Assembly (NCBI GenBank): GCA_028534125.1
Contig: CM052817.1
Coordinates: 28,212,001-28,276,000, forward strand
Origin: Lama glama
Lineage: Eukaryota
Direction of reading: 5' to 3'
DNA length: 64,000 nt
The notes beneath the pieces are model-generated. The model was not told the origin of the DNA. It did no database searches and worked only from the letters and a program-made list of their open reading frames with translations. This document shows, in pieces, positions 40,828-55,071 of this stretch. A program made the position numbers and the translations under genes. Every line of letters begins with the position of its first letter. The first letter of the stretch is position 1.

Positions 40828-40964
40828 TTTGTTTGTTTGTTTGTTTGTTGTTTGTTTTGAGAGGGGTGATTCGGTTTATTTATTTATTTTAATAGAGATA
40901 CTGAGGACTGAACCCAGGACCTTGTGCATGCTAAGCATGTGCTCTACCACTGAGCTCTACCCTC
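40828..40964 (-). mobile_element. tRNA-derived camelid-type SINE (vic-1-like) with (AAAC)n tail
   Basis: Minus strand reads gagggtagagctcagtggtagagcacatgcttagcatgcacaaggtcctgggttcagtcc, with A-box, B-box and a tRNA-like head. Confidence 0.88.
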
Positions 40965-42489
40965 AGAGTATACAGAGTTGATCCAGCTCTGAAGTAAGAG
41001 GTGGTGTTTTGTATAATTGTGTGTGTGTGTGTGTGTGTCATTTTGTATAATCTTCTGTGTCACTGGCTGCAGGCTGCTGGCTGTGCAGGAGGTTAGCAGA
41101 GAGGAAGGAGACAGTCTCTCCAGGGAGAATGCTTCCACCTGCAGAGCAAAATTCTCCAGAGAAAGTGCATTTATGCACTATTAGCGGTCTAGACTCAAAA
41201 GGGGACCAGGACAGACTAAGAACATACACCACAGTTCTGCGTGGACGCACCCTGATATTTCTGGAGTGAAATTTCACTGTAAGTTCTTTTCCATTTTAAT
41301 TCTTTCTGCAGAATTATAAAACAGTGACCAATGGATCGGGAAATATTCTAACCATCTCATCTCACACTTTCTAAAGACCATGGTAATTTTTATTTTAATG
41401 CCAGAAATGTATCATCTTCTCCTTTTGAGGTTTTCTCCCTAGTTTTCATTTTTCATCCCAGTTGTTTTTCCATTGTAAAATACCCTTCAGGCCACAGAGG
41501 AGAAGCTAAAACTTTCTCCACCATGCTCTTCTCATGCTGGAGACCTGCTGATCTTATACCAAAATAATTATTTTTCTTAGTGTCACTGAGTTTTAGTGTT
41601 GTCCTGTGTCATTATTTGTTTTAGAAAGTGAAGACCAGAGGGTTGTCTAAACAAACATAAAACATGTGGACACTTATTGATTGGCTTGAGGATGAATTAG
41701 GGAAATCTGATTACCATCCCATTTGGCGCCTCATATTATTCAAGTATTTGTGCAGAGGGCTCTGAATAAAGACTGAAATTATATTCAAGGTCATAGTTTC
41801 TTCAGAATTTATGGAGGAATGAGCAGTATATTTCTTCCTGTTACAGATGGTTAAGTCCAGACTAATGCAAAAATCAATGATTGGAACTCTCCGTTCGGCT
41901 CCCACCAAACGTTTCTCTCCTACGCTTCTTTGCTAAAAGTACTCTGTTTCTGTTTGAGGTAGCAGTACAGCAGGCCCTGGGTCACAGGTCTTAATCTGTG
42001 TGAAGCAACAACGATAATCACTTCCCCAATGTTCTCAGTTTCCTGTGTAGCTTAGGGTGGCCATGTCACCCCTCTATGAGGCTGAGACCCAGGCATAATT
42101 CTCCTAGGGGGCCAGCGTGGGCCGTTTTTTCAACTGTGGGTCATGACTCCTTCCCCTTCGTTCTTGAGTTACCAGTGCTGCTCCTGAAGCTAGAGAAGCC
42201 ATTTGTGACCACGGGGGAAGAGCCTAATGAATCATTCGGACACTGTTTTGCATAGCTCGGCAGAATAAATAAACATTTAAAAAATTGCAATTTAAGGAAA
42301 AAAATACAATCTTACTTACTTAAGTCACAGGCTTCTATTACATATAACTGAACAGATTCTTAAGAGATATTTAACAGTTTAAGAGCCAAGCACCTTGTTA
42401 TCCTCTGGTGGACATGGTGTAAAATGCACAAAGGGAGGATTGGTCAGTTTATATAGATACTCTGTCATTTCAGCCAATCGTCTAAAAAA

Positions 42490-42905
42490 TTTCTTTTATT
42501 GAAGTAGAGTTAACTTACAATGTTGTGTTAGTTTCTGGTGTACAGCAAAGTGGTTCAGTCATATATATATATATACACACACACACATACACATGCACAG
42601 ATGTTTGTATACATATGTATGTGTATGTGTTTTCTTTTTCAGATTCTCTTCCATTATACCTTTTTATAAGACTTTGAATATAGTTCCCTGTGCTATACAG
42701 AAGAAATCTGTGTTTTATCTGTTTTTATATATAGTGATTAACATTTGCAAATCTCAAACTCCCAAATTTATCCCTTCCCATCCCCTTTCCCCAATAACCA
42801 TGAGATTGTTTACTGTGTCTGTGAGTCTGTTTCTTTTGTAAGTGAGTTCATTAGTGTTCTTCTTTCTTTCTTTCTCTCTCGCTTGCTCGCTTGCTCGCTT
42901 GCTTG

Positions 42906-42948
<43 letters not shown>

Positions 42949-43180
42949 TCCTTTCTTTCTTTCTCTCTCGTTTTCTTTCTTTTTTAGATTCCGCATGTGA
43001 ATAATATCATATGGTATTTTTCTTTCTCTTTCTTGCTTACTTCACTTAGAATGACAATCTCCGGGTCCATCCATGTTGTTGCAAATGGAATTTCATTCTT
43101 TATCATGGCTGAGTAGTATTCCATTGTGTTTATGGACCACATCTTGATCCAGTCATCTGAATGGACATTTAGGTTGCTTT
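42490..43180 (-). mobile_element. Young L1 3' end (ORF2 C-terminus + 3'UTR) containing expanded (TA/CA) and (CTTT)n microsatellites
   Basis: ttttattgaagtagagtt...ctggtgtacagc...tcacttagaatgacaatctcc...ggacatttaggttgc. Same family as the copy at 56260. Confidence 0.9.
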
Positions 43181-44914
43181 CAGCCAGTCTTTATTCATTG
43201 CATATCCTTGTCACATTGACATTTTCTTGGTTCTTTATTTGCTATTTTTATCATCTGTCTACAATGTGAGAATGGAAGACCACTCAGAGCATGGTCTTTG
43301 TGGGTCTTGTTCACTATTGCATCCCCGCTGCACAGCAGAGTGCCTAGCACATAGTAAGCATTATCCTATGATGTCTTTTTGGTTTAACAAATGCCTGTGC
43401 TGATGTGGAAACTAAGACTCAGAGTGTAAACCGAAAATATCTGGCCGTGAGCTTGTGGAGTCAGAAGTTCCACTTCCACAGAGTAGATCAAATGGGGTAA
43501 AAGGGGGAAAGTGGGGTGATGGTGAGAAGAGGAATGTGACAGAAGGATAACTGGGACTGGAGAAAAAGCCTTGTGAGTGGTGGAATCTAAGTGAGAAGAG
43601 AAGGTATTTTCCATTCCCAAGCCAAAGGGGATAGACTCATAGATGAGCTGCTCTCAATTTTAATCACCTGTCTTCAAGCAATTTGCTCTTTATCAGACAA
43701 GGGTAATTGTCAACCCTTTGAACAGAAAAAGGCTATTGGTAAAGGGTTAGCAAAGCCATTTATTCCTCTTGTATGAGAATTTGACCTTTCTAGATCTTTC
43801 TCTGAAAATCTGATAAAAAAGAAAAGTCAACTGTGTTACTCGACAACATTTTTTTTACTCAAAAAATATTTTTTTAAAAAAGAAAGTTTATTATACTACT
43901 GTTGAGGGAAACTATAATATAAAAAGTATTATAGTTGTTAAAATATAAAATAAAAAACAATGCTTTTAAAATTGGTAACTATGATACACAAATAACACTG
44001 AGTCTGATAAATTTTATCAAAATTTTCCCTTGAAAATATTGCTTTGTGAGGAATCTTTATGTTAGGTTTATAGTGAAGAAAGATTCGGTTTGATAAGTTT
44101 AAGATAAAGAAAGATTTTAAAGCAAGAAATGATTTGTGTGTTAGTTTCCATGAAATCGCAACCCAATGGCACAGATAATTGGAAAGAACTGAAAATATTT
44201 AACTGACTTCTCTGTTAAGATCTAATGCTGAGGATTATTTTCCAAAGAAAATGATGTGAATGACTTTCCAGTTTTGTTGATGAAGTCATCTGAAGTAACT
44301 CTTATCTGTTTAATTTCTGAATTGGTCAAGTTTTGGAAAAATAACTGAGTGTAATGGCAAATTTTTCCTTATTCATGAATTACTGTCATCTCACTTGGAA
44401 AATATTAATATAAGCCCTTCATAACATCTTTCAAATGCCTCTGCATAATGTTCGTAATATATTTAGTGAATTATTCAGATGAGTTCATTAACAAGCCATC
44501 GAGACACCCAGGATCCAAGCTGGCTCTCTAAGGCTGCAAACTCCACAGCTCAGTTTCTCGATTAATCTGTTTACTTGTTCTTGCACACAGAATGCTGATG
44601 TAAGCCTCTCTTGTGAGGATATCTTGTGAGGATAACTGAGTTGTTCAAATGGGCAAATATATCTGCACTACATGTACTCAAGCAAAGCCCCTTGTAGCTG
44701 ATGGTTTTCTTCAGAAAGACTTAATGTCCTTCTTACAATTCAAACAGATGAATGAAAATGCTACGTAACATAACAGCCAGTGACCCTCAGTATGAAATAG
44801 TTTATAATAACTGTCCTTCTCATCATAAAGCAGAGAAACAAGCTGAGAATTCAGTGCCCCATCCTTAACATGACTGATGATTTTACTAGATTCAATCAGT
44901 CTGGTCTCTGAAGC

Positions 44915-45125
44915 CTATAAGAGCTTGAATTCTGGCTCTATTAGCCAGATTCTATTTTAGAAGCAGGACAAATTTGGTATAAGTTAACACTTCTGTACCT
45001 AAGTTATCACATCTGTAAAATAGTAGTAATAAAGTTGTTGTGAGGAGTAAATATATTGGTGAACATTCAGCTTTTAGAATAGTACTTGGCATATAATAAG
45101 TGTTGCATAAATGTTTGTAGTTGTT
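44915..45125 (+). mobile_element. MIR SINE
   Basis: ttgaattctggctct...atctgtaaaatag...gttgtgaggagtaaa...cttggcatataataagtg. Confidence 0.7.
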
Positions 45126-45149
45126 TTCATGTGTTCTTAAAATGTGGTG

Positions 45150-45547
45150 TGCTATGGACTGAATTGTGCCACCCCTAAATTCATACGTGGAAACTCTAAT
45201 CCCCATATGTGGAGATGTAGCCTATCGGAATGTTAAGGGTGAATGAGATTATATGGGTAAGGCCCTAATTCAATAGAACTGGTATCTTAATGAGAAGAGG
45301 AAAAGACACCAGATGTCTCTCCCTCCCTCCCTCTCTCTCTCTTCCTCTCCTTGTGAGCACAGAGAAAAGTCCATGAGAGGCCATTGTGTTTTTTCTATAA
45401 GCCAGGAAGAAAGCTTTCACCAGAGAACAAATTTGCCAGCATATGGTTGTGAACTTTTAGGCTCTAGAACTTTGAGAAGATGAATTTCTGTTGTGAAAGC
45501 CATCCAATCTGTGTTGTGTTGTTATTATAGCCCTGGAAGTCAAGACA
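45150..45547 (+). mobile_element. MLT1A/B-like MaLR solo LTR
   Basis: tgctatggactgaattgtg...aaattcatacgtggaa...aagccaggaaga...atttctgttgtgaaagcca...aagaca. Confidence 0.85.
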
Positions 45548-45649
45548 TCATGCCTATTTCAAAAGTCAATGCTTCCTTGTGTGTACAATACTAAGTACCT
45601 TTACTTTCAGAAGTGACATTTTATAATGTATCAAAAAATAAAATAAAAC

Positions 45650-46790
45650 GCACGTCCCCTGCTCTCCAGCAGATTGATACAAGTCTTGAGCGTCTTTAGG
45701 GGCACGTAGACAGCCATGTAGTACCCAGTCTCATCCTCCAGGGGGCTGGTACCAGCTTCGAGCCTCATTAGGCTGCACAGACAACCATGCAGGGAGCTGG
45801 CCCTGCCCTCCAGCAGTCTGGCAGCCACTGCACAAGGCATGGCCTTGCAGCTAATGTACCTACCAGTGTACTCACCACAATGGAATGGTGCAATCCACCC
45901 ATGTAGGGGGCACCTCTAGAGCTCTGGTGAGCAGAGGGAAGTGTGCTGCTGGACTCCACTGGCGTCTTCTACGTAAATCCACTTTTCCAAGATCCAGAAT
46001 CATGATTTGACCTAACACATAGGAATAAACACAGAATTGGGTAAAATGAGGAGACAAAGAAATATGTTCCAAATAAAATAACAAGACATGACCTCAGAAA
46101 AAGAATTAAGCAAAATGGAGAAAAACAATTTACTCGATAAAGAATTCAAGGTAATGTTCATAAAGGAGTTCACTGAACTCAGGAGAAGAATAAATAAAAA
46201 CAATGGGAAGTTTAATAAGAAGTTAAAAAATATAAAGAAGAACCAAACATAGTTAAGAATATAATTGAAAACTACACTATAAGGAAACAAAAGGTTACAT
46301 GACATAGAGGAAAAGATCAGTGATGTGGAAGACAGAGTAGTGGAAATCAACCAATCTGAACAGAAAAAAAAAAATTTAAAAAATGAAGATAATTTAAAAG
46401 ACCTCTGAGACAACATCAGGCATACTAACATTCACACTATAGGGATCCCAGAAGGAGAAGAGAGAGAAAGGAGAGAGAACCCATTTGAAGAAATAATAAC
46501 TGAAAACTTCCTTAACCTGGGGAAGAACACAGACACAGATGGTCCAGGAAGCACAGAAAGTCCCAAATAAGATAAAATCAAAGAGGGCTACAATAAGACA
46601 CATTATAATTAAAATGGCAAAAATTAAAGATTAAGAGAGAACCTTAAAAACAGCATGAGAAAAGCAATTAGTAACATACAAGGAAACTCCCATTGGACTA
46701 TGAGCTGGCTTTTCAGCTGAAACTTGGCAGGACAGAAGGGAGTGACATGATATATTCAGAAAGAAGAAAGGAAAAAATTGTACTCAAAAT
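45650..46790 (+). mobile_element. Older L1 fragment: distal 5'UTR and disrupted ORF1
   Basis: ATG at 46046 (MRRQRNMFQIK*), then ...DL*DNIRHTNIHTIGIPEGEE...FEEIITENFLNLG, recognisable ORF1p motifs with in-frame stops. Confidence 0.88.
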
Positions 46791-49254
46791 TCATCACTTC
46801 ATAATTACACTACTATATATTTGTATTATCCATGCTCTTAAGTAAGATTATATCTATTGTATCTAGTGGTGGAAATACTATATAATAATGTGCTACTGTG
46901 ATTATAACATGAAGGCCCCTATGGTGGGACATTTTACATGACAGAAATTGGCAAACTCTACAATTCAAGATTTGGTTTACTGTTTTGTTTATTGTCTTTA
47001 GAAGTGATGGAATGTTAATAAAGTAAATTAAATTTAAAATTGTGTCATTTCTGATACCTGTTATATTATGAATAGCATACACACACAAAAAACTGAGGAA
47101 GCATCCTTCCATTATTCAAAACTATTGTCTGACTGAGGAAAGGTGTCACACACATTACTGATGGATGATTAAAATTCCAGTATTCATCTTCATTTACTTT
47201 TATCTTACTTGTTACAAAAACAAAAATATCAACCAAAATTCATGTTAAAATTGCATTTGTTCATCAGTTGCAATCCTAAATTAGCTATGGATATAAGAGT
47301 TTGACAAAAATTAATAAAAAACCTAAGACTGTCTATTGGTTATAAAGAATTTATAATAAAGAGTGGGGCATATTTTGTTATCATTTGTAGTAAAATTTAC
47401 AGTAAACAAATATATGTATATTTACATAATGAAAAATGTGCACGTGCATGTGTGCATACACACACACACACACAGATATACATGTCTCCTCTGTTGGAAA
47501 GATAATTGTCGACAACACATGACCAGTGGGCACACCTAACAAGTCCATATATATGTATTCAATATTAATATGAAATAAATTAACATTTAATGCTTTTTAG
47601 AAAAATAAAACAATTGCCTATTTTAGGCTCTTCGAATTCTTGCATCAGAGTTCACGCCAGCAAGGTCACTCCTTTTCCAAGAGGACCAAGCAGCAGAACT
47701 AATTCCTGGTGTCCCTGAGTAATATTTCTGTCACCTGTTTGCTGGAATCCCTCGAATCTTGTTTTTCCAGGGTCTGCTCTTGATCTGGCTTCGTCTCAGT
47801 GTGTCTCAGTGTTTCATTTGGCCCAAGAACCATGACCACAAATCCATTTGCCTTTACTTCCCTCCAAACCCAAAACAATCATGGAAGAATTAGTACTTCT
47901 TAAAGCAGCCATCAGTGACTTAGAATTTCTTAATGATGCCTCATCAGTTTTTCTGGGAAATGGTGTAACTGCATGTGAACACATTCATTCATAAATCACA
48001 GGACTGTGACTCATGGAAGAAAGACTTCATAACTTTCTTCAAGTGAAGCTGAAAGTCTTCGGGAAAGACACTGATAATTATGACTCATTGGTTACATATT
48101 TTAGTGTGCTTTTAGTTGACATCAGCCTTCCTGGCCAGGATGCATAAGGAAGTTGGGTGGAGGTAGAAATCTGTGGCTCTTATGAAGTAGGGTTAGTAGT
48201 AAACTGTTTTAAACAGAATTTGTGGAGAAATACTGCAATGAGGAGATGGGTTGCAGAATTAACGGCAATTGCACAGACATAGATTGTTGTGTTTTTAATT
48301 ACAGATAAACCAATATACTGTGTTAGCATTTTGCTATAAAAGAATTTTTCCGTTTTGGCCCAGATTTAATGAAATACTTCACCTGTTAAAAATCAATTGT
48401 ATACATTAGAAGTTATTTAATGAATTATAATAGTATTTTATGCAATACTAAACATGTCCTGCTAAACAAACTGACAACTTTTAGTTTAGAAATATGAATG
48501 TGCAGTGTACGGTCTTCATTGCTGTAGAGATGGCAAAGAAATGCCTCTGTCCTCACCAAGGTAGCAGAGCTCACAAGCCAGTAGAAAATCAAGGCAGGAG
48601 CACAGAAAGCTATTTACTGATGGCTGCTGAATTAGTGTGTTAGATAGTAACACTAGTGGTTGATACGTGCTGATGCATGCATAGTTTTTAAAACAGAGCA
48701 GGTGTTGCTTCTATTGTTTTGCATATAAATTCTAATTTAAGTTTCAAAGCAAGCCTAGAGTTAGGAGCTAGTATTGTATCTTTTGAAATATGAGGAAACA
48801 TAGTCACACATAATATAAGTTACCTACTGTATCAAGTGGGTGACAGAGCTAAGACTTGAACCCGAGTGGTCTGGCACCAAAGCCTGTGCTCCTAATTCTT
48901 AGTTCTTAATTCTATACCGCCCAGCCAGGAGTTCTGATCATTGAATTAAAAAGAAGGAGAGCACTGTTCTTCATGGACCAGCTGGGGCATGCATTGGAAC
49001 GTAAGGATAGATAAGATTAAAACAAGGTGGAAAAGAGTTATTCATTCAAAATATATTTATTGAACCTTATTTTATCCCAGGACTTAGGGTAGATGATCTA
49101 GATGGAGCTCTGAATGAGACTGGCAGTGTCTCGGACCACATGGAACTCACATTCGAGCATTAAAAGGATTTCAGGTACAGAGACAGTATGAGAAAATTTT
49201 AAGAACAGGATACACACATTTACCACAACCAGAAGAAAAAGAAAATGGAAATGA

Positions 49255-49720
49255 AGGTTATGTAGCTTGTGATTCTTCAGGTCAGTGATTTGGGCTGGGC
49301 TCATCTGGGCAGTTTTTCTGATCTGAGCTGGGCTTGTCTGATATCAACTGACCTGGACTCATGAATGTTCAAGGAATTGGCAGGTTAGCTGGGTGCCGCC
49401 TGATTTCAGATGGCCTCACTTAGGTGTCTGGTGGTTGGCTAACTATGAGGTAGATAGAGTGATGGAGTCATATGTCTCTTATCCTCTGATAGGCTAACCC
49501 GGGCTTATTCACTTAACAGTGGTGTTATAAGAGCAGCAGGGAAGAAAACTGATGCACAGCAATTTTGAAGTGTTTGCTGGAGTTACATTTGCTAACACCT
49601 CATTGTCCAAAACAAGCCACGTGGCCAAGCCCAGAGTCGGAATGGGAGAGTACTCAAAGTCACATGGCTGGGGTATGGGCACAGGGGAGAGATGGAATCG
49701 TCATTTTGAAAACTATGACA
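49255..49720 (-). mobile_element. Old MLT1-type MaLR LTR
   Basis: ggtcagtgatttgggctgggctca...gatggcctcact...cattgtccaaaacaagccacgtggccaagcccagagtc. Confidence 0.7.
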
Positions 49721-50530
49721 GGATTGAAAGGAGTTTTGTTATAGCAGTCCTATGTATTACTTGGGTTTCTTTTTGAGTAATATCAAAAACCATATAGTGA
49801 TCGATCATTAAAAACATTTACACTATTATTTAAAATAATTGATTCAATTCAGTGATGCTTCAATATATTGAGTGAAAATTTATAAACTTACTAGCTAACA
49901 AAAATATTAGTTACTTGGCTATCAGTCTTTCACACTCTTAATTTCTGATTAATATATAAAAAATATTTATCTGGTTATAAAATAACAACTATTTCTGTTC
50001 TTCTTCCTTTTAGAGGTGCTTTTGATAAAATATAGTCAGAGAGGGCTAAGAAAATTAATAAATAGTCAACTTTATTACACATTTTCCAATACAAGATTTT
50101 TTTTGCAAAATGCTTTCGTCTTATAATGTGTTTCATCAAACTGTTAGAACCCAGAGCTAACTCATCCAATGTATGGAAAAATATTTATCATAAAACTGGA
50201 TTTTGCTATTCGCATCTCAAACAAGTCATCTCCAAACAGTTTTAGCAGATGAAGTTCGATTTTATTTTCAATTGAAATACACTTACCAATATGTGCTTGA
50301 GCAGATATTGTTTTAAAACCCAGAGAAATAGATTATTGGACATAACTCATGATAAAATATTAAAAGCTGTCTAATTAAGACTGAAATGCAGCAAATATGA
50401 TAGATGAATTCATCTATTTTCTAATATAATTCAAGACAAATCAACATGCTTTTTCATCTTACATGTAAGGCTATCATGCACTAGTTTCTGGAAATGATGT
50501 TATCGTGGGATGTCATTTGATGAAAGGCAT

Positions 50531-50964
50531 TGTAATTGTTTCCTGGGACTGTCAAAACAAGGTGCTGCGGACTGGTGGCTTTAACAAGAGAAATTTATGT
50601 CTCCAGTTCTGCAGACTAGAAGTCTGAGGTCAAGGTCCCAGCAGGGTTAGTTCTTCTGAGGGCTCTGAGGAAGATGGGGCTCCATGCCTTCCTCCTAGCT
50701 CCTGGTGGCCTTGGGAGTCCCATGGCTTGGAGATGCCTTCTCCCTGTGTCTTCATACCATCTTCACTCTGTATGTGCCTTTGTGTCTGAGTTTCCCCTTT
50801 TCACAAGGACAACAGTCACATTAGAGTAGGCCATCCTAATGGCCTCATCTTAACTTGATCATTGGGCCAAACCCTCTTTCCAACTAAGGTCACAGTCACA
50901 GTTACAGTTACTGGGAGTTAGAATTTCAACATCTTTTTGGGGAGACAAAATTCAGTTTATAACA
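50531..50964 (-). mobile_element. MLT1B/C-like MaLR solo LTR with 5-bp TSD
   Basis: TG...CA termini with exact TSD GGCAT (50526-50530 / 50965-50969). Contains cagttctgcagactagaagtctgaggtcaagg. Confidence 0.88.
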
Positions 50965-53074
50965 GGCATGGTGCTCCTTTAATAAATATGCACATACATC
51001 TAATTCAGTTATTTGGGTTGAGAAATAATAAAATGAGAGCTAAGGATTAAAATCAAAATATCCTATTAATTTTGTTAGATATTAGAATCTAATTTTTCCA
51101 ATTTTTTTTTTTTTTTTACAAAAGAGAATGGTACATACCACTAAAATTAACATTCTGGAAGCTACCACATATGTTACTTTTTTCATAGTACCAGGAAACA
51201 GATAAACATTTTGTAAGATAAAATAAAATGAGCAAATATTTCATGATTTCATTTGATATGACAGGTTTTAATTATTATTTTGGGTTCAAAATAATAACTC
51301 TGACAATGATTACATGAAGGTTTTACCTGTGGGTTTTAGCCAGTGTTACCAGGAAAGCCATCAAGAAAGGTAGTCTTTGAAAATATTTGTTACATTTAAA
51401 GAACCAATGTCACAAGCTTTTACTGCTTCATCTGTTTGAAGGTCCTTTTCTACTTTAAACTAGTCAATGATGAATTCTAGAGATGGGTAGTGAGAATACA
51501 TAAAGCAAATTGTTGAAAATAGACATTTTTTAGTGTTCAATATTTATTTTCAATGCTGTATTTGCTCTATGGGACTTCGCTTCAAATTATCGGCCTTTTT
51601 GACAAGAGTCTGGAATGGAAGAGGCAAATTTGTCAAGCAGAACATCATTACCCACCACATCTATCCATATACAGTTTTTGGACTCAGAAAATTACAACTC
51701 AAGCCAGAATACTCCATTACAAGCATCCTGAATCCACTTTAGCATAAATATGTATAAATGAGAAAAAAATCAGAAGTTCTCTGCATTTATGGCATTGTGA
51801 TTTATCATGAAAAAAAGGAATACTTAAAATGAATGATTTGAAGTATTTATTTGTTGGACATTTTACCCTGCAGGGCAGTATATCTCACCAAGATTTGGGG
51901 TGGTGAAGGGTTGTTACTTTACTGTAAAACTGGAAAAGTTTTGTTGTGAATGCAGGTGTGTTCCTTGTGAGATCTGCTTTTAGAAAAACAAATTATGAAA
52001 GTTGAGGATCTAGAAAATAATTTACTTAAAACCTTCTATGCCTGCATAACCCTTGGCAAGTTTCACATGTCTTAATTAGAAGAGCAGTGATGTTCTGGAC
52101 CCACTGCTGGAATCTGTGGTTCTGGCATTTGGCCCCAAGCTTGAAGTCCTAATTGAGCTGGTCTCTGCCCTCAACCAGACTCTCCTGGTCCAGGTGTTCT
52201 CTCACAAGTCAGTCCAAGTTCAGGTAGAAGAGCCCAGCCCCCAGCACAGACTCACTTCTCTAACTGCCTCCTGTTGCTGCCTCCCCAGTTCACTCTCATC
52301 GGATGCATTGCTGAGCCCAGGTTGCGGTTCTTTTAATGGCCAGCACATTTCTCCTTTCACTGTGCTCCCCAAACACGGCTCTAGCTCTGACTTTCTTGGT
52401 ATCCTGATACATATCTGGATGTTAAAACAGTCTCTTTGAGGGGCAGCCTGAAATGTGGAGTGAAGGGGTGGGGAGAGAAGGACCCCGGGAGTCAGAGCAT
52501 TTCTGTCTCCCCGTTTCCACAATTTCTGGGATGGAGGAAGTGGACTTAGTGTTTTTCCTTTCCCTGCGTGCCCTCCTCTCTCCTTCGAGCTTTGGGCAGC
52601 AAGACTCATGGGCTAGTTTTACTGAACCAAATGGAGCCTGGATCACAGGAGAAACTTAATATTCATTTGTTGAATGATTGTTTGACTCCGTGAAAAGGTG
52701 ATCTCACCTATATGCTGCCATGATTGCTAGAATCTCGTTCTTCATGCTCAATGACAGATACACTATTATAATAGCTCTCAAAACTATTGCTTCAGTTAAA
52801 AAATCCCACATCATTAGTGAACACGTGAAGGGCATTTCAGTACTAACAGGCCCAAACAGTGACCACCACGTACCTCTCATCCACGCCACCCTCATACCTC
52901 ATCATTAAGGGGAGCCTTTGCTGACTAGCAAGAAAATGATGCACCTGGAAATGCAGAGAGGCAAGGGCATTAATATATATATTTAAAGTTTCCATTACAA
53001 TTTATGTATGTAATTTATTTAAAGTATATTGCAGTTTCATAGTTCATTAATCAGTTAATTCATTTAATTTCTCC

Positions 53075-53690
53075 ACCGTGGAGCAATTATTTCAGTTATA
53101 TCAGCATCTCAAACGAAACCTGGCAAAACTAGAAATTATGACTCTGCCATCCTTCACTACTGTTCCCCCAGGATCCCCTGTCTCAGCCAAGGGCACCACC
53201 GTTCACCCGGTGGTTCTGTCCAAGCACACAGAAAGCATCCTTGACTCTTCTTTCCTTCGTCTCTCACACCCAACCCATCATTAAGACCTGTCAGTTCTAG
53301 CTCAAAGCTTCAAAATGTACCTTGGATCTCAGTGCATCTTCCATCACCTCCTCACTGCTCTCAGCCTAAATCTAAGACACCGTCTTCTCTGAGAAGCACT
53401 GTTTTCCTAATTGGACTCTGAAATAGACTCTTCACACCTGGTTACTCTTTGTCCGCTACCCACTAGCCTTCATTACACTCTTGATAGTGCTTGTCACTCA
53501 GTTACAGTAGCTCATGCTACCTAATTTTTTCTGTACTTCTTTTATTATTTTGCCCCCTAGAATGTCAGTTCCGTAAGAGCAGAGGCCTTGCCTGGGCTGT
53601 TCACTGCTCTCTCTCTACTGCCTGAAGAGGACCTGATGCAAAAATAGAGACTCAGCTCTCCCTGGGGAATAAATCAATGCTCAAATATGA
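53075..53690 (+). mobile_element. L2 LINE fragment
   Basis: cagcatctcaaac...ggcaccaccgttcacc...catccttgactc...ctagaatgtcagttcc...gttcactgct. Confidence 0.6.
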
Positions 53691-54339
53691 GAATGTTGAC
53701 TGTGGGAGAGGGTCTTTTAATTTTTTTGAACGGAAGAATTATAATGATTAAAATAACTCAGTTTGGATAGTTCGTGCAGGCATTGAAAGGATTAGAGACG
53801 TGAGGCAGGTTTGGAGACTAGTGTAATCATGCATCAGTGTGGAAATGGAAAGAAGGAGGTGGACTTAGGACTTGTTCATGAGGAAGAACTGATTGGAATT
53901 GAATGGTTAGACATGGCCAAGTTAGGAAGAGGAGTGAAGTTAGGAAGTGACCGAGGTTTTTAGCTAAGAGGACCTGGTGGTGCTGATTACTGAGATGAGG
54001 AATACAGAAGGTAAAATATGTTGGGGGGAGAAACTCAGGTATAAACGTCATCTTTAAAACATTTCTAGGATATTCAATCACAGCTATTTAGAAACCAGTT
54101 GGCAATAGCGATTCTGAATATAAGGAGAACGTCATGACGGGAAGTTGCTTTGTGAGTCAGTTTAAATATGGATGCTGAAACTGAGTCAACAAAGGAGAGT
54201 TGAGAGAAGTGAGGAAGAAAAAGACTAACTCCTAAGGGCTACTTATATTTGAGGAGTGGGACAAAGGTGAAGATCTAGTAAAGGATATTGGATCAACATT
54301 TTCTCTTGACATTTAAATGATTCCTTTTCACACACTTTT

Positions 54340-54812
54340 TAACCCCAAAAGGAGAAGGGAAAAGACCGAGGCTCTTGTCTTACCCAAAAGAGAAGAATTC
54401 AGATGGGGGATGGAAGCACTGTGTAGTGAGAGATTTTAAAGGTTTTATTAGCAAAGGAAAAGTACACCTCCAAGATTGGGAGGTGGGCTGCTCCAAAGGA
54501 GGAAAAGCAGTGGTCTTTGCTCCTTCTCTTACACATTCACTTAGAGGTGGTCTCTTGATTAATTGATGGTTCTTCCCTCGAGAGTGCTTGGTCGTGCTCG
54601 TCCCCTTTTGTGCATGTCCGTGCCCATGATGTTAGGTCCTTGTCACTATCGCACAGTTGTGGCTGTCAGATTCTGACTGGTTTCTTGCTGGCACTCCTTT
54701 AGAGGAAGTAAACCCCTTTATGCTGCAGACGGGCATAACACCATCTTCTGGACCTTCCTCCTTCTCCTCAGCCTTATCTGCCAGGTACCCTCACTTACCC
54801 AACTACCTAACA
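54340..54812 (-). mobile_element. ERV solo LTR (ERV1-like)
   Basis: gctcttgtc...aagaattcaga...ggttttattagcaaagg...aaagtacac (AATAAA on the minus strand), ending aactacctaaca. The left boundary is uncertain. Confidence 0.65.
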
Positions 54813-55071
54813 GCACCCATTATTCCTTTCAGATGGAGCCTTTCTGAGTACGCTCTGTATTTCTCTCCTGTCATTCCGTTTACAATGTTTCCTCTTCCAG
54901 GAATGCTTTTTCTCCATTTCCAGTCCATTAAATGGTGTTCTTTCTCGAAGGCCAGTTGTGTTTCCTTTAGCCTTTGACCTTATCAGATTTTTTTTGAGAG
55001 AAAAAAAGAAGTCTTCTTCCAATTGCTCCGTGAAGATAGCAAGTTTTCCGTGAACCTGTAATGACTGAACC

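Noticed and set aside
40905..40964. tRNA-like sequence on the minus strand
   Set aside because: It is the head of a SINE with an A-rich tail, not a tRNA gene.
44609..44634. 13-bp tandem duplication tcttgtgaggata x2
   Set aside because: Simple slippage duplication with no sign of function.
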